A DNA stretch of 57,393 nt, counting the filler, from Trypethelium eluteriae (taxonomy: Eukaryota), in the NCBI GenBank assembly GCA_051942245.1. It is 4 parts of 4 records of this genome, joined end to end, with 100 filler letters (N's around TTAATTAATTAA, not from the genome) between each part and the next. Parts side by side here need not be neighbours in the genome. Positions count along the whole stretch, not along the records: positions 1 to 14,325 come from JAVECL010000694.1; positions 14,426 to 28,701 come from JAVECL010000696.1; 2 more parts are not named here. One strand, given 5' to 3'. The notes under the pieces were generated by a model that was not told where the DNA came from, ran no database searches, and saw nothing but the letters and a program-made list of their open reading frames with translations. Shown in pieces: positions 13,098-26,073 of the stretch (the first letter of the stretch is position 1; every line of letters begins with the position of its first letter). The position numbers were made by a program, and so were the translations under genes.

Positions 13098-13335
13098 CGG
13101 AGTCGGTGGGAGTGAGCAGCCGACTGGATTGGCTGCCTCAAGTATCACTTCAATTCTTTCGTGACCGTTTAGTATCTTTTTCATATCTTCCAGTACCTTT
13201 CTGAAAACGGGGTCTAGAACTTGTCTTGGGGCAATGCAATGCATAGCGTGCTCACATTTGCTATAGCGTTTGGCGTTTTGGGAGGACCAGCGTGGGTCAG
13301 AGTCTTCGCTCAAGGAATAGAGCGGCCTGAAACGT

Positions 13336-13359
13336 TTCTTCTTCTTCTTCTTCTTCTTC
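13336..13359. repeat. (CTT)n microsatellite
   Basis: About 8 consecutive TTC/CTT units between SSK1 and haspin. Confidence 0.85.
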
Positions 13360-13662
13360 CTTCCATTCACAAGTATATGTATGACAGTGGTTACAGCAGA
13401 GTTAGCTTAGAGATAAGCACGACATGTGCATCTAAGCAGTGGCCATGCTATTTCTCGAAAGTCCGTCGCCCAGCGATCTTAACCTAGGAATCTATCCCCA
13501 ATCTCTACGTAGAGTCCTCTTTACACAATGCGCCCTCTTCTCACACGTACTGCAACATGCTTACTCGGGAGGTTTAGCATGAATTCACCGAAATGAATTT
13601 TACTAAGGTATTAATCTCGAAAATGCTACGCAAGTCCTTGCTTGGCTTAGGATATGTGTATA

Positions 13663-14325
13663 TTACTGTAAGATGTCATCTGCTTCCAACCATCCAGCTC
13701 GCCAGGCTACTTCAATCAGGTCGCTAACACTATTCAGCGTTGATTTCAGCAGGACCTGCGGCATCAGCATTCCTGCCACCTTCAGCAGCTTACTTTCAAG
13801 ATCCAATTCCTTGAGTCCCCGCCGAACATCTTCTCGATCCCTTCCCTTGAAAGTGCTCTCGACGTTTCCTCGCTTCTTGCTGACTGAATAGTTCTTCCTT
13901 GTTTCTTCGCGTATGTCCTTTGTCCAGTCCATCAACTCAGTCAACAAAAAGTGCAGCCACAAAAGGTTCGTCTTAGGATGATATTCCCGCCAGGATGGAT
14001 TCTCCCGCTTCATCACCGTCCGTTTTTTCATCTCGCTGGATAAGCTCTGAGCATCAGGATCACTATCCTTCAAGACCAAATCCCTCATGAACCGCGGAAT
14101 CCGGTACTGATACCCAAACTTCGGCCGAGTCTCAAACACATCCAGCTCCTCCTCCAAGTTCTTATACGCCACCTCTTCCACTCCCCATCTCTTCGCTTCC
14201 TCTTCCGGCACCTCCGCCCGCGAATTCGTATAATCGATGACCGTCACCTCCACATCCGTGAATCCCAGCTTCCGCTCCAGATCCACTCCATCCCTCGCCC
14301 GCAAGCACTTACTCTCCTCCACCAC
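13663..14325 (-). CDS. Haspin-family protein kinase, C-terminal part (5'-truncated by contig end)
   Basis: VTVIDYTNSRA (haspin DYT-x-SR), YQY...RFMR and W..YHPKTNLLWLHFLL motifs. Confidence 0.85.
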   Translation of the reverse strand: MVEESKCLRARDGVDLERKLGFTDVEVTVIDYTNSRAEVPEEEAKRWGVEEVAYKNLEEELDVFETRPKFGYQYRIPRFMRDLVLKDSDPDAQSLSSEMKKRTVMKRENPSWREYHPKTNLLWLHFLLTELMDWTKDIREETRKNYSVSKKRGNVESTFKGRDREDVRRGLKELDLESKLLKVAGMLMPQVLLKSTLNSVSDLIEVAWRAGWLEADDILQ

Positions 14326-14425
14326 NNNNNNNNNNNNNNNNNNNNNNNNNNNNNNNNNNNNNNNNNNNNTTAATTAATTAANNNNNNNNNNNNNNNNNNN
14401 NNNNNNNNNNNNNNNNNNNNNNNNN
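14326..14425. other. Artificial contig spacer
   Basis: 44 N + TTAATTAATTAA (stops in all six frames) + 44 N. Confidence 0.98.
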
Positions 14426-14461
14426 GCACGTACGCACTCGTGGGAGCGAGTGCGTACGTGC
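14426..14461. repeat. Perfect 15-bp inverted repeat with 6-nt loop at contig start
   Basis: gcacgtacgcactcg-tgggag-cgagtgcgtacgtgc. Confidence 0.9.
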
Positions 14462-16273
14462 ATTGGGTTACTGAGCTCGAGCGATGTGAAGCCAGTCGCA
14501 GTATCCCGCCCGCGCGCCCCTCCCTCCCATCTCTCCGCTGGCTAGCCTTGGTGTACTCCCTACACCGGCGAGGTTGAATGCGCAGGTTCGAGTGCCCTCC
14601 AGATTCTACCTAGTGGAGAGTACCTGGGACCGAGTGTACGCCCTGCTCATCAGCCCGCTGTGCGCGAAGGATCCGCAACCCTGGGCTCCCCGCCCAGTCC
14701 CAGGCACTTTCTTACACGAGTGCTGCTGATGAGATGAGTCTCTGCCAGCACGTCTAGCCAATACATCGAGACAGGACAGGCACCGGTTACGTGCCGATGT
14801 CCATCTGTTGGCCGACGTGCGCCGCGACAGGTACGTACCGCAGATGAAATCTAGTTAGCCCAGGGAGCAGCAGCCTGCGCGGACCTTTCTATCCTGTCTC
14901 GCCGTCTGCGATCGCTCTTCAATATCCGGCCGGTGTACCGACCTGAAACGGAAACGATGAGCGTTCAACCGGCTTTGACGAGTTCAGCACGCTGCGCAGA
15001 TGGGCCTCTAGCTGCAATCGCTACTATATTGCGAACTGCCTCAGGCGCCGCTGCGAGGTGCGCAAATTAGTTCGCTCTGCAGGCTGAGTCACTGAATTTG
15101 GTGGTATTTATGCGCCAGTGCCAGCGCGCCAGGCTCAAAACGGGCAATTAGCGGTCATGGCGCGGCTGCGCCTCGCTCTTCCGCGGCGGGATCGGGGGAA
15201 AATGACAAAGAATTCACCTCGCCGATGACCACCATCACGACGGTGCTTGGTGTGGGCCCGATTGAGGTTAAGCTCTCCAGTGCTGGCGTCAGGGTTTGAT
15301 GGCGCGAAGGATTGGCCCTCTCAGCCACCACAGGAACATGGGCCAGCTGGGGAGCTCACCCTCGCAGCCGCAACCGTTCCTTCGCGCGCCTTTTTGGCTG
15401 CAAGGCCGCGAACCCTGCGAGCAGGTCCTGGGGAGGCAACTGAAACGTCGAGCGAGCGGGAGATCGCGATATAGGCCGACGACGCTACCGACGGAGCCTG
15501 AGCACGTCCGCGTCTCTCTGCGTTGCTTCGTCCCGAGCTGCCCTGCAAAGCCCGCCGTTCGCGACCCCAATCTTCTCTCGTCATCGCCTGTTGTTCCGTG
15601 CCGTCGAGATGTTGTATCTCGACTCCCATCTAGCCCCGGTAGTCGGTCGTATGATAGGCGGTGATCGACCAACCTGAAACTCCTGGGCCTTGAGCCTCGA
15701 ATCCCTCGACACTTGTCCTTTGCAGGTACCTGGCGTCACACGTGGGGAGCTGTCAAGCCGCACGGCAGCAACCGAGTGTACAGATTGACTGCTAATAATT
15801 CCAGCTAGGTATCCTGATCTTACACGCGCTAGGCCCCAATTGGAGCAACGCGGCGCCGGGCGCCTACGTGCATACTGCGCTCGAGGCATCCCTGACACCC
15901 CCGGCCATCGCACCGACATGGTCCTCGCTCCCAGCGACATGGGCCCATCGACGTCGTCCATGCGGCACACCTGCATACCTGGCAAGTACCTCTAACTACG
16001 CACGCGTTCCTTTTATTTTTGTATGCAGATATTCTGAGAATCCGCGACTAGTCTCAAGCCTTCCCTCTACCCCACGAGCGCATGTGCCCAATTTCAGGTC
16101 CCACCCTAGCGTCACAGCATGCAGTTTATCTACCTCGTGGATCCCCCCTCCATTCACGCTTCTTTTTTTCTATTCAAACAGCCTTCAGAACCAGTTCCCG
16201 TCCAGTGTTCCCTTTCCATTGGCCCTTGATATAAGAACACCGCTTCCAATCTTCTTTCATGCCCTACTTTCCC

Positions 16274-17536
16274 ATGACTGCCCAGACCGAGCCCTTTCCT
16301 GCTCTGCACGGGATGCTTGACCATCACCACCCATCCGCCTCCATTCCTCCACCGAACATGCTGGACCACCATGGCGTTCTCGACCCAAACCCTATTGCCG
16401 ACTCCGCCTACGAGCAGAACGCTGTCTCCGGCCCTCTTATGGATCACAGCCAGGTATCGTCTGCCATGAGCAGCGGGACGATTAGCTCGGAATGGGGTGG
16501 CTACCCGCCAGGCACAGTAAGCTTAACGCACGTTGACCCCCTTTTACGATAGCCACTGATCGTGCAAAATAGCTTCCGTCCAGCGAGCATTCTTACGAGA
16601 ACCCATATCTGACACCTTACTCAGCTGGAACGGAGCCATATCCGGCCTCGACATTTGTCAAGACTATTGATTTGCCTCCGATGCCAATATTTTCGACGTA
16701 CAACGATCACGCTCCGCCACGACCACGCAGTAGTCCCAGCGCATTCGGGCCAAACGGCGGGGACTTCGTGTGGCCCAATCCTCTTGGTATCAAGCACGCA
16801 CAAACAGAGGACTATTCCACATCGTCTGGTTACTCGAATGGTCCGGCACCCCCAGTTCGCAGCCACAGCCCTTACTTCGGCAATTTCGGCGTGTCAGAAA
16901 TCAACGCGCCACAGCCTCGGAAATCTTATCCAGCAATAGCGCCCAACCCTATGGGAGTCTTCGAGAAGTCTTCTCTCAAACGATCACGAACTGAGGAAAC
17001 CAGTCCCGAAGCCCCCCAGAAGCGGAGAAAGTCATCTTGCAGCATGACTACGCCCGAGCTCGGCGAGGAAGATCAGCTACTGATGAGACTCAAGGAGGAG
17101 GAAAATCTCCCTTGGAAGGATATCGCTGCAAGATTCCAATCGGACCTCGGAAAGTCGTATCAGGTGCCCGCTCTCCAAATGCGCTTTAAACGCCTACGTG
17201 AGCGAATTCGACCATGGACCGATGTCGACATCAACGCCCTCCGAATGGCGCACGAGTACTGGGAGAAGAACAAATTCGACATTATCAGCGCCAAGGTAAG
17301 CTTGCTTGATACGCCCTTTCGTGTATGCGCGTTTCTAACGATTTCGCCCGCAGATGGTTGACTTTGGAGCTCTCGAAAAATGGCCTGCTAAGCTCTGCGC
17401 CAAGAAATGGCAAGAGATCAACCCAACGTACGACAGCTACATGGCACATCCTGGCACGACGCCTGCCTTTTCTCAGATGTCTACCCCGATCGAAAGTGCT
17501 GGTGGTTACATGCCTCCATTCCTGCACATGCAGTAG
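16274..17536 (+). CDS. Myb/SANT-like DNA-binding protein, 3 exons
   Basis: EEDQLLMRLKEEENLPWKDIAARF...LQMRFKRLR...WT..D..AL...W..KF..I...W....C.KKW; basic KRRK upstream; introns 16517-16572 and 17296-17353. Confidence 0.85.
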
Positions 17537-19847
17537 TTTTACTGGTATCCGAGAGGGGCCGCACCCGCGGGGGGGGTTGTCTCCAGCTCGCTGCAGCTGT
17601 CGGCTTCAGCTGAGCCTGGCGCCAAAAATCGTTAACCTTCGATGTGAAATGTCTCATGTGCTCTAACGTTGGATTTTGGGTGATCCTCATTCCCATTCGT
17701 TTCGGGGCGGGGTCGATGGCGCGATTTTCCGCCCCCACGACAGCTTCGTGCATTTGCCGAGCTCGCGGCTTTTTTTTTTTACTCGGGCTTCTTGTTCATA
17801 TACCACCTATCGTTTTCGCCCAGCGCGGGCATTGTGCATACCTGGAGTTCCCAAAACTGGATGTGGCGCAAAAAGTCGAAATCTTGCAGGGGATGGTATC
17901 CCCACTGTATTATATGTCTTTGTTTTCCGGTGGATTCGTCACCTTGCATTTGAGAGGGCGCTGCGGCATGACCTGGGTTTCCTGCGATTTCTGCTATTTT
18001 CCTGCAATGTCCGCGATACTTTCATTACCTCATATCTGTATCCCCACGTTGAAAGATCAAGACTGCGAGGTCTTCGTTCCATTTCGAATCTCTCGTTCGC
18101 ATTATGATACCCCCAGGTTCAGGTCCCGATACTGTCTACACGATTATGGTTGGCAGTCTATTTCATGCACAGAGTCTATTGCGGTACTGTACATAGCAAT
18201 CTTGTAAACGTTTAGACAATACAGTTGCTGCATCACTACTTGAACGCGTGCATGGGAGTGCGACCACGGTGCAATCCTTCCAGTGGTGACATGCCAGCCT
18301 AACGTTGGGAACCTAGTCGGCCGCGCAAGTCTAGCTTAGGCTGCGACTCAGGGAACAGGTCCTGATTGATGAAAAGCAGCTCATTTCGGCGAGGTACAGC
18401 AGGAATCGCCCCATGATTTCCTCATTTCCAGATTCCCCCAATTTCCAGCAGACTATCGATTGGCCGCGGAGCTTGGACACGATTAAGCGTTGCTTCATTT
18501 GGGCGTGCCGTTGAGGCTGAGCGCCGCTCCCGCTGCGCTTGGGGAAAGCCACGAATTCCTCCGAACCAGGCGCGAGCAGGCGGCCGGGCGTAAGTACTAA
18601 GTACCTAATGTACTATTTTCTGCATCCCGGGCCTTTCCTCGCTGGCTGTCGCGCCCTGGAACTGACGGAACGGGGCGGAGCACACGCCCTCAGCGGCATG
18701 GAAATAAAAATGGGTGAATGCGTCCTTGGGCTTTGGGCCGTGAAGGCTTCGCGTACTATTTTTTGCTGAGGTCGCGGATGCTAAGGATGGTGATGATGTT
18801 GATGACTATTATGATAATGATAGTCATACAGGAATAAAAATAATACAGTAATGAAACAGGCGAGGGCGTCATTTGCGAGCGGCATCGACATGACTCTGTC
18901 GCGATGGGCTCCAGATCGGAAGGCGCACGTCAGATGACGAGATGGATGATGCGGCGTCGATGCTGAGACTTGGCGTGGCTATCCTTATTCATCCATCCAT
19001 CGTTCAGCACCACCGGGGCGAACGGCGATGCTCTCCTCGAGCAGTGCACGGCTGAGACTGACCAAGACCACCAAGACCCTCTTGTTCCTCCCTCATGGCT
19101 CTGCTCGACATCGACTGGCCTGTGCGCCGGCTGCCGTGGCGTGGATTTGCCCGCCGGGCCCCCTAGTCGTACACGCGAGACTGATCGTCCTCCACCACGC
19201 CTGCAAGAGGCCGCCATCTCGCGAGGCTGCTGGGCCCTTTTACTACCTTACATCACCATCATCTCGCGTGGAGGGGACTGGTGGGAAGCCTTGGTACGAG
19301 CTAGCTGTCTCTTGCGCGTGCTCCTACTGGGATGCGATGCGCCTTCGCAAGCCTTTACCTTGTCTGCACAATGTCTGCATCAGGCCAGGGTACCAGCTTA
19401 GACTAGCCGGTTTAGCTCCTCCCCGCCTCATGCGGCTGCGACGAATGGGCTGCCTCGCCGCTACCCACTCACGCACAATGACCGAGCGGCTGGCCACATG
19501 CTGGGGAGGAGCCTGCTTATCCCCCACTACCAGGCTGGCGATAGCGAAACGGTGCTCTGGTCGCTGGTGGCTACGTCGTAACCCCATTTGCTTGCTCGGA
19601 CATCGTCTTATCGCTTGTCACGGTGTCGGTAGGCATAAACATGACACGGTCCCCCTGCAGTTACGAGCTAATATCGAGCATCTCTAGGGCGAAGAAGAAG
19701 CAACGACTAGCCTTTTCGTCCATTTTGAAAAGCAAGACGGGGAGTAATCGGAACTCAAGGCATCCACCGCATCCATCATAGTGGTACTGCCCCTGGGTGA
19801 TCTTTTCCTCTCGCACCTTTTGGTAAGAGCTAATACGGCTGACCGGG

Positions 19848-22065
19848 ATGCCTTTGTCAGCGATTGGCCGGCGCGCCTTCGCCTTCTTCACCACCACCAT
19901 CCTGAACTTTGTTTTGCTCGCTGCTGGATGGATGGGCGCAAGCGAGGCTGAGAAATTGGCCGGAAAAGGCGGCATTGATGGCCCAGCATGTCGTGAAACG
20001 ACCGTGGTAATTCTGTAAGAAGCCTTGTCTCTCCCAATTCTTCTATTTCGATTTGAGAGGGGCAGACTTGAGCTAAATGCATGGCCGGTCTTAAAACGGC
20101 AGTGGAGCTGGGGTTGCAGGTATCACAGCGGCTGTGAGTCCATTATTCCATCTCGTCCAGCTCTCAGTAGTAGCAATCGCTACTGATTTCGGCCATGAAA
20201 CGTCGCTTGAGAGGGTACTCTGACCGAGTTTCGACCATCTGACACATCGTGCCGTATCGCAGCAAGCCTTGACCAATCATTCCGTCACGGATTTTTTGAT
20301 TGTAGAGTACAACGACTACGTTGGCGGTCGTGTTGCGCACACAGAGTTTGGGGCCAGGAACGAAACATTTACAGTTGAACTAGGCGCTAACTGGGTAGGA
20401 CCATCGAAATTTATTTGATCCAAAATTTTTTTTTCGAATGTCATTTGGGATAGCTCCGTACGTGCTGACAACGACGTTCAGGTCCAGGGATTAGGCTCGC
20501 CTGGAGGACCAGAAAATCCCATCTGGACGCTTGTAGGTGCAGATTTCAGCCTGATTCTCGAGGATACGAGCTGATGTCGGCGATCTCTAGGCTAAGAAGT
20601 ATAATGTGACGAACACGTACTCAAACTACTCAGACATCTTGACTTACGATGAAACTGGAGCATCCGATTATAGCGATCTACTTGATGATTTTGAAGGCGC
20701 TTATGCTACCCTTGAGCAAGATGCCGGGTACATCCTAAGCCAAAATCTGCAAGACCGCTCGACCAGGGCCGGTCTCAGCCTTGCAGCTTGGAAGCCTCGA
20801 GACACGAAGAAACAGGCCGTTGAGTGGTGGAACTGGGGTACGTATGTCTCGCATGGATGCGTCTCTTTCCCTTAATTCCCTACTACATCATGCATAGCCA
20901 TGTGCTTTTCAGCCTCATGCGTCTCGTATTTGTCTTTGCATGCCCTGCACTGTTTTAGTCTCTGATCTCATTAAGCACCATATTGTGTCTCCTTCCAAAT
21001 TCGCAAAATTATGCGATCATCGTAACGGCGCACGCTGACTGTGTCGACGTCGGAAAAGATTGGGAATATGCGTATCCACCAGAAGAGTCGTCCCAGGAAT
21101 TTGGCGTGGTGAATTACAATACCACATTTTACCAATACAGTGAAGCAAACAACTATGTCTTCGACCAGCGCGGTTTCAATGCTTTCATCCAAGGCGAAGC
21201 CTCGACGTTCCTCACTGAGGATGACCCTCGCCTTCTGCTGAACACCCGGGTGACCAACATCACCTACAAACCTTCTTCTATCAATATACAGACTCATGAT
21301 GGGACTTGTGTTCAAGCTTCGTACGCGATCTGCACGTTCTCGCTTGGTGTGCTCCAAAACGATGAAGTGACCTTCGAACCCTCGCTCCCATCCTGGAAAC
21401 GCGACGCGGTTGACATATTCCAGATGGGCACGTATACCAAGATTTTCCTACAGTTCCCCTACGTCTTCTGGCCCCGTGATACGCAATTTTTCCTCTATGC
21501 CGATCCATCCACACGCGGCTACTATCCCGTCTGGCAATCTCTCGATGCCCCCGGTTTCTTGCCCGGTTCCGGCATCATCTTCGTCACGGTCGTCGATCAG
21601 CAAGCCTACCGCGCCGAGCGCATGTCGGACGCCGCGGTGCAGGCAGAGGTCCTCCAGGTGCTCTACCGCATGTTCGGGCAGGACAACGTACCGGAGCCTA
21701 CGGCTTTCATGTTCCCTCGCTGGAGCAGCACACCCTGGGCCTACGGGTCCTACTCCAACTGGCCACCAGGCATGACGCTCGAGATGCACCAGAACTTACG
21801 CGCGAACGTCGGGGGTAGCCTGTGGTTTGCAGGCGAGGCGACGAGTGCAGAGTACTTCGGTTTCCTCCACGGGGCTTACTTCGAGGGCCAGGAGGTCGGC
21901 ACCAAAGTTGCGGTGTGTGTACGCGATGGTGGCGCTGGCTCGGCCGAGTGTAGAGCGAGCCAAGAAGTCAGGTACGAAGTGCTACATGGGACTACACAGC
22001 CGGAGGAATATAGGAGTCAGAATGGGTGGATGGTGAACAGCTTCCAAACGATCGGCGATGTGTAG
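19848..22065 (+). CDS. Flavin-containing polyamine oxidase with N-terminal signal-like peptide, about 6 exons
   Basis: MPLSAIGRRAFAFFTTTILNFVLLAAG...CRETTVVIL|GAGVAGITAA|...EYNDYVGGRV...VELGANW|VQG...WFAGEATS.EYFGFLHGAYFEG; exons joined by GT-AG introns. Confidence 0.92.
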
Positions 22066-25000
22066 GGCTGGCCATGTGCTATAAGCATCTGAGGGAGGCC
22101 AAGGCGAGAACGGGAGACGCCATGTGAGATTAAAGGTGCCGTCATGGATTCCGAGATCCTGGCGTAATGAGGACAAGAGAAGGAAGAAATTTAACTGGCT
22201 TGCAGGCGTGGGAAAGATGATGTGGAGTAAGTAGGGTAAAGCTTTCGGCCGACAATCAACACGGTTATCTAATCTTCTACTGCCCTGCATGGGTGAAAAC
22301 AAGATCCGGAGGGGCCTATGATGTCTTGCATATGCAGAGGTAACCGTCTGACATGCGTCCAGGTGCTTGTGATTTCTCGTCCTTATTGTTTGCCCATAGT
22401 TCGGTTTAATGGAAGCAACGTTATTTCTGCACTGTGCCTACTTCCACAGCATACTTGACGTTGGTGCAATGAATTTGGACCGGGCAGTCAGAGGATCGAC
22501 GGTGCATCTCAAATCTTCGTGCGCACCTGCAACCTCTCAATCTTGTGATACCTGCCTATCTGAACTCCACTCAGTTTTCCCAAGTGTCGGCCGTCGGCCG
22601 AATCCTACTCAAAGAAGGATGCTCCTCTTCGAAGCGAGTTCCCACTAAAATTCTAAGATATCGCAGATGCGCAGCAGGAAGGCCTCGTCAACCTGTGACA
22701 TGCAGTGCGTTCTCGCCACTGCTCGCCTAGATCTTTCGGCCATGTTGTGAGAAAAATTTAGCGGCCTTTGGATGTACTCTTAGGCACGGTGTTAACTCGC
22801 ATTGGGCTCTATAAGCCAGTCTTTCCAGAGTAATTAGGCGCACATCAGATTGTAAGATCGACACAGGGCATGTGACAATCTCCACCCCTGGAGCACGTTC
22901 CTGCAATTGCTTCCTCCGCAGCTCTTGGAGGCCCAGCAAATCCTGGAATCGTCTATTGAAACTAGGCCCGCAACTTCTTCTCAGCAGCTCGCAAGACCAT
23001 AATGAAAAACACGGCATTTGCTGGCAGCCGTGGCGCAAGGAGGAGACCCAGCCGCATGGGATGATCTACACAAAGCGATGTATCTCAGCGCATTCAAACA
23101 GATCGTTCCGAGCTCGTGGAGTGCCTCCAGACGTTAGCGATTCTGTTGTGGAATCAGGCCGAAACGGCGCATCCATCCATTTACAAATTTTGATCCGAAT
23201 GAGGACAAGTTCACCGGAGGAGCTGGTATCAGAGTATCTTGAGGCGTGCTCGATCAGCATCTCGGACCGGTTCCTGCACGGGTTCAGAGTCCAGAGGGAA
23301 GATTTGATATTCTCTGGGAGCAGCCAGCCGCAATGCGAAACGAGACACTCCTGCTCGATGTTTTTACTCTGACAAACGACCAGGCTGGTGGCATGATGGT
23401 GGTGCTATACGCATGAAGATTTGTGGCACAGACGGAGGAGGCACGGGAGGAAACTTTCATTGCGTTCAAGGGGAGCTTTGCGCAAGGGCCAATGGTTGGC
23501 CTGGTCCAGCGTGATCTCTTCCATCCTCTTCCCGTCCTCTCCCATTATTAACGTCTATCGATGTCAAATCATGATCCGAATTTGTCGACCTGCCACTCGA
23601 CGCCTCTTTCGCGCCGCATACAGTATCAGCTGGTCATCTATTTCAGCTCTTGATTATCTTTCTTGCTTGTCAAGTATGGAAAATGTGCCGCCCACATGGG
23701 GCATTCCTAAATCACTTTCTGCAAATGTATCTGGCGCATAGTTGCTTTTAGGATAGGCATCCTGCGGAACCGTCGCGCATGAAGGTTATGCGAATAATTA
23801 CCGGTAGAAGTAAGGACTACGAGGATATGACTTCTACAAGACTTGTTAGTAGCACGTACGGAGCACTCAGTACAGAGTACTTGAGCCCAGAAACGCCATT
23901 TTTGTGGTAAAAGGCATGCAGGATGCAATCTTTGACAAGCGCTCTTAATTACAAGTATCGGTAATAATTGAGGGTGCAAATTGTGAGTCCCAAATTTAAT
24001 CTACTTATTCACTTCCGCATCTGAGCCAATGGCATCCTCTGCGCCGCTTTCCCTTGAACACGTAAACTTTGCCACACTTAGGCTTCCCGTATTGGTAATC
24101 TTCAGGCCACCATAGGAATCCCGTGCCCCAAATCTTACCCAAAATTGTTCGGTGGGCGAGGCTGAGAGATGCCATTGGGCAGAACAACCGCATGTGGCGT
24201 CATGACACATGGAGGCTGGACGAAGAGGTATCTCGTCCCCATCACGTGTGGGCGGATTTCATGCGTAAGGTAGACATACAAGCACGTTTCGAACTGGGAA
24301 AAAGGCTGCGTCTATTAAGCTGTGAGGAGAGTGGATTTCTTCACTATCGCAACACCAAATCAGTCAATGCAGGAACTTCTCGTCGCTGTCCATCTCAACC
24401 AGCGTCTTCCTTTCCTAACTAAATTCCACCTGTCATTCCCTCACAATAACAACTGTCCCATGATAACGTAGGATGGCCAACTCACTAAACCCAAATCCGC
24501 AAAAAGAGCCTCTTGCCAACAAAACAGCAACAATATCCTCGCCCTTTCTATCCCCCAATTTGGACATGCCTTCAGTTACTCACACCTTGTTCTTGTTGGA
24601 TAACAACGCTCTTCGCTCGCTTACAAAAGAGTGAAGGGACAACTGGCAACCAACCCGAGTTGTATATCAGTAGTGAGATCCCATTTCGTTTGCTTGGTCC
24701 CAACGACTGGGCTTTTCTTAGGTCCTCTGGGTGCACGAACGAGGGGTGGGCACTGGATCAAGGCGAAGATACGGGTTGGGGGGCCGGGATGAAAAATGTT
24801 TGCCGTGCAAGGAGAAGGCGATGGCTCAGTCAGGACAGGAAAAGATGGAGAAGAGGAGGGAGACAGGAGGCGGAAGCAGGAATGGATGGACGCTGGGTAA
24901 GGGGAAAAGAGAAGGGCGCGAATAAAAGAAAGCCTTGACTTTGCGTAGGGGATTTGGAGGATACCGGCGTGGGATTGATTGGGCATCGAAAACGACCATG

Positions 25001-26073
25001 GGTAAAGGGTGGCGTTGGACCCGTGAACCTGGATCATCTTGCACCAACACTGGGACCGGATTCATCGACCCTACACTATTGCGTCGTGGCCCCGATAAAA
25101 GCGGCGGAGCGGAGCTACGATGTTGAAGACAGTATGTTACTGCATAGTGTGATGCTTTGGTAAGGAACAAAAGATTACAGATGATTGGAGCGAAGCAGAT
25201 GGAAAGCTTGAAAGCTTGCAAAATGGAGGCTTGATGAAGTGGTCAGGATGGTTTCTGAGGAGAGTAGTTGGACGCTGGAATAGTGGTTGATGGATTCCAC
25301 GGATCCTGCATCTCGCTGAATACTAATATCGGGAGCTGAGGCACCGCTCCTGGCAACACCGACGCCTTTCCTCCGCGGGATGGACATGGTCAGGAACTCC
25401 TTCAAAGGCGCCCCTTTCTATGATGCTGTTTTTCTCCACCTACTGCCGCTCTCAGCTTGATTGCTGTAACTTTGTCACGTTGTTTACTACAATGATGACA
25501 CATTCGGACACGTCGTTGTTTTCTGGAGCATAACACACAAGGTCACGATAACTGGTGAATAGTTGAATGGAGCATGCTAGACTGGTACGGAGAGATTTTC
25601 CCGTCTTATGCTGTATCCATCTACAGCGGATCAAGCAAAGCTGTTATTCGTCATTGAAGCAACAGTTTACTGCATCTTTGCTGCTGAAAATCAAACCATT
25701 CACCAGCACGGCGAGCCATTATTCCCGGACAAAATGTGATCGGGTCGAGCTTTGGTTATTGCGGGTCTAACATTAGTACGGAAGACTTGAGGGGAACGTG
25801 AATCACAGCGCCGGAACGTGGCTTTCATCGAAGCGCCAAAGATACTGTGATTACCCCCTTTGGAGCATTGCCGAAGCTGGAAAATCTCATGACTGCTTTT
25901 TGAGGATCCTCACGCTCCTTAACCGGAGACTTCCCAGATCTCGCTCAGAAGTGCAAAAGAAATTGGACTAAGCTGGATGAAAAATGAGACGTGGAAACGT
26001 CAAAGTTTTAGAGACTGTGGCAGCTATCCCATAATGGCTTCACTTCATTATCGTTCGCTATCTTGCGGACGTT

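Noticed and set aside
14370..14381. TTAATTAATTAA repeated three times in the window as a biological motif
   Set aside because: Always centred in a 100-nt N spacer; it is a synthetic six-frame stop linker.
14462..16270. GC-rich ORFs upstream of the Myb-like gene (similarly 39900-43060 upstream of the C2H2 gene)
   Set aside because: Overlapping short ORFs on both strands without motifs; typical of long regulatory regions of transcription factor genes.
24001..25405. Short minus-strand ORFs or a structured ncRNA
   Set aside because: No recognisable protein motif, snRNA/snoRNA box pattern or telomerase template.
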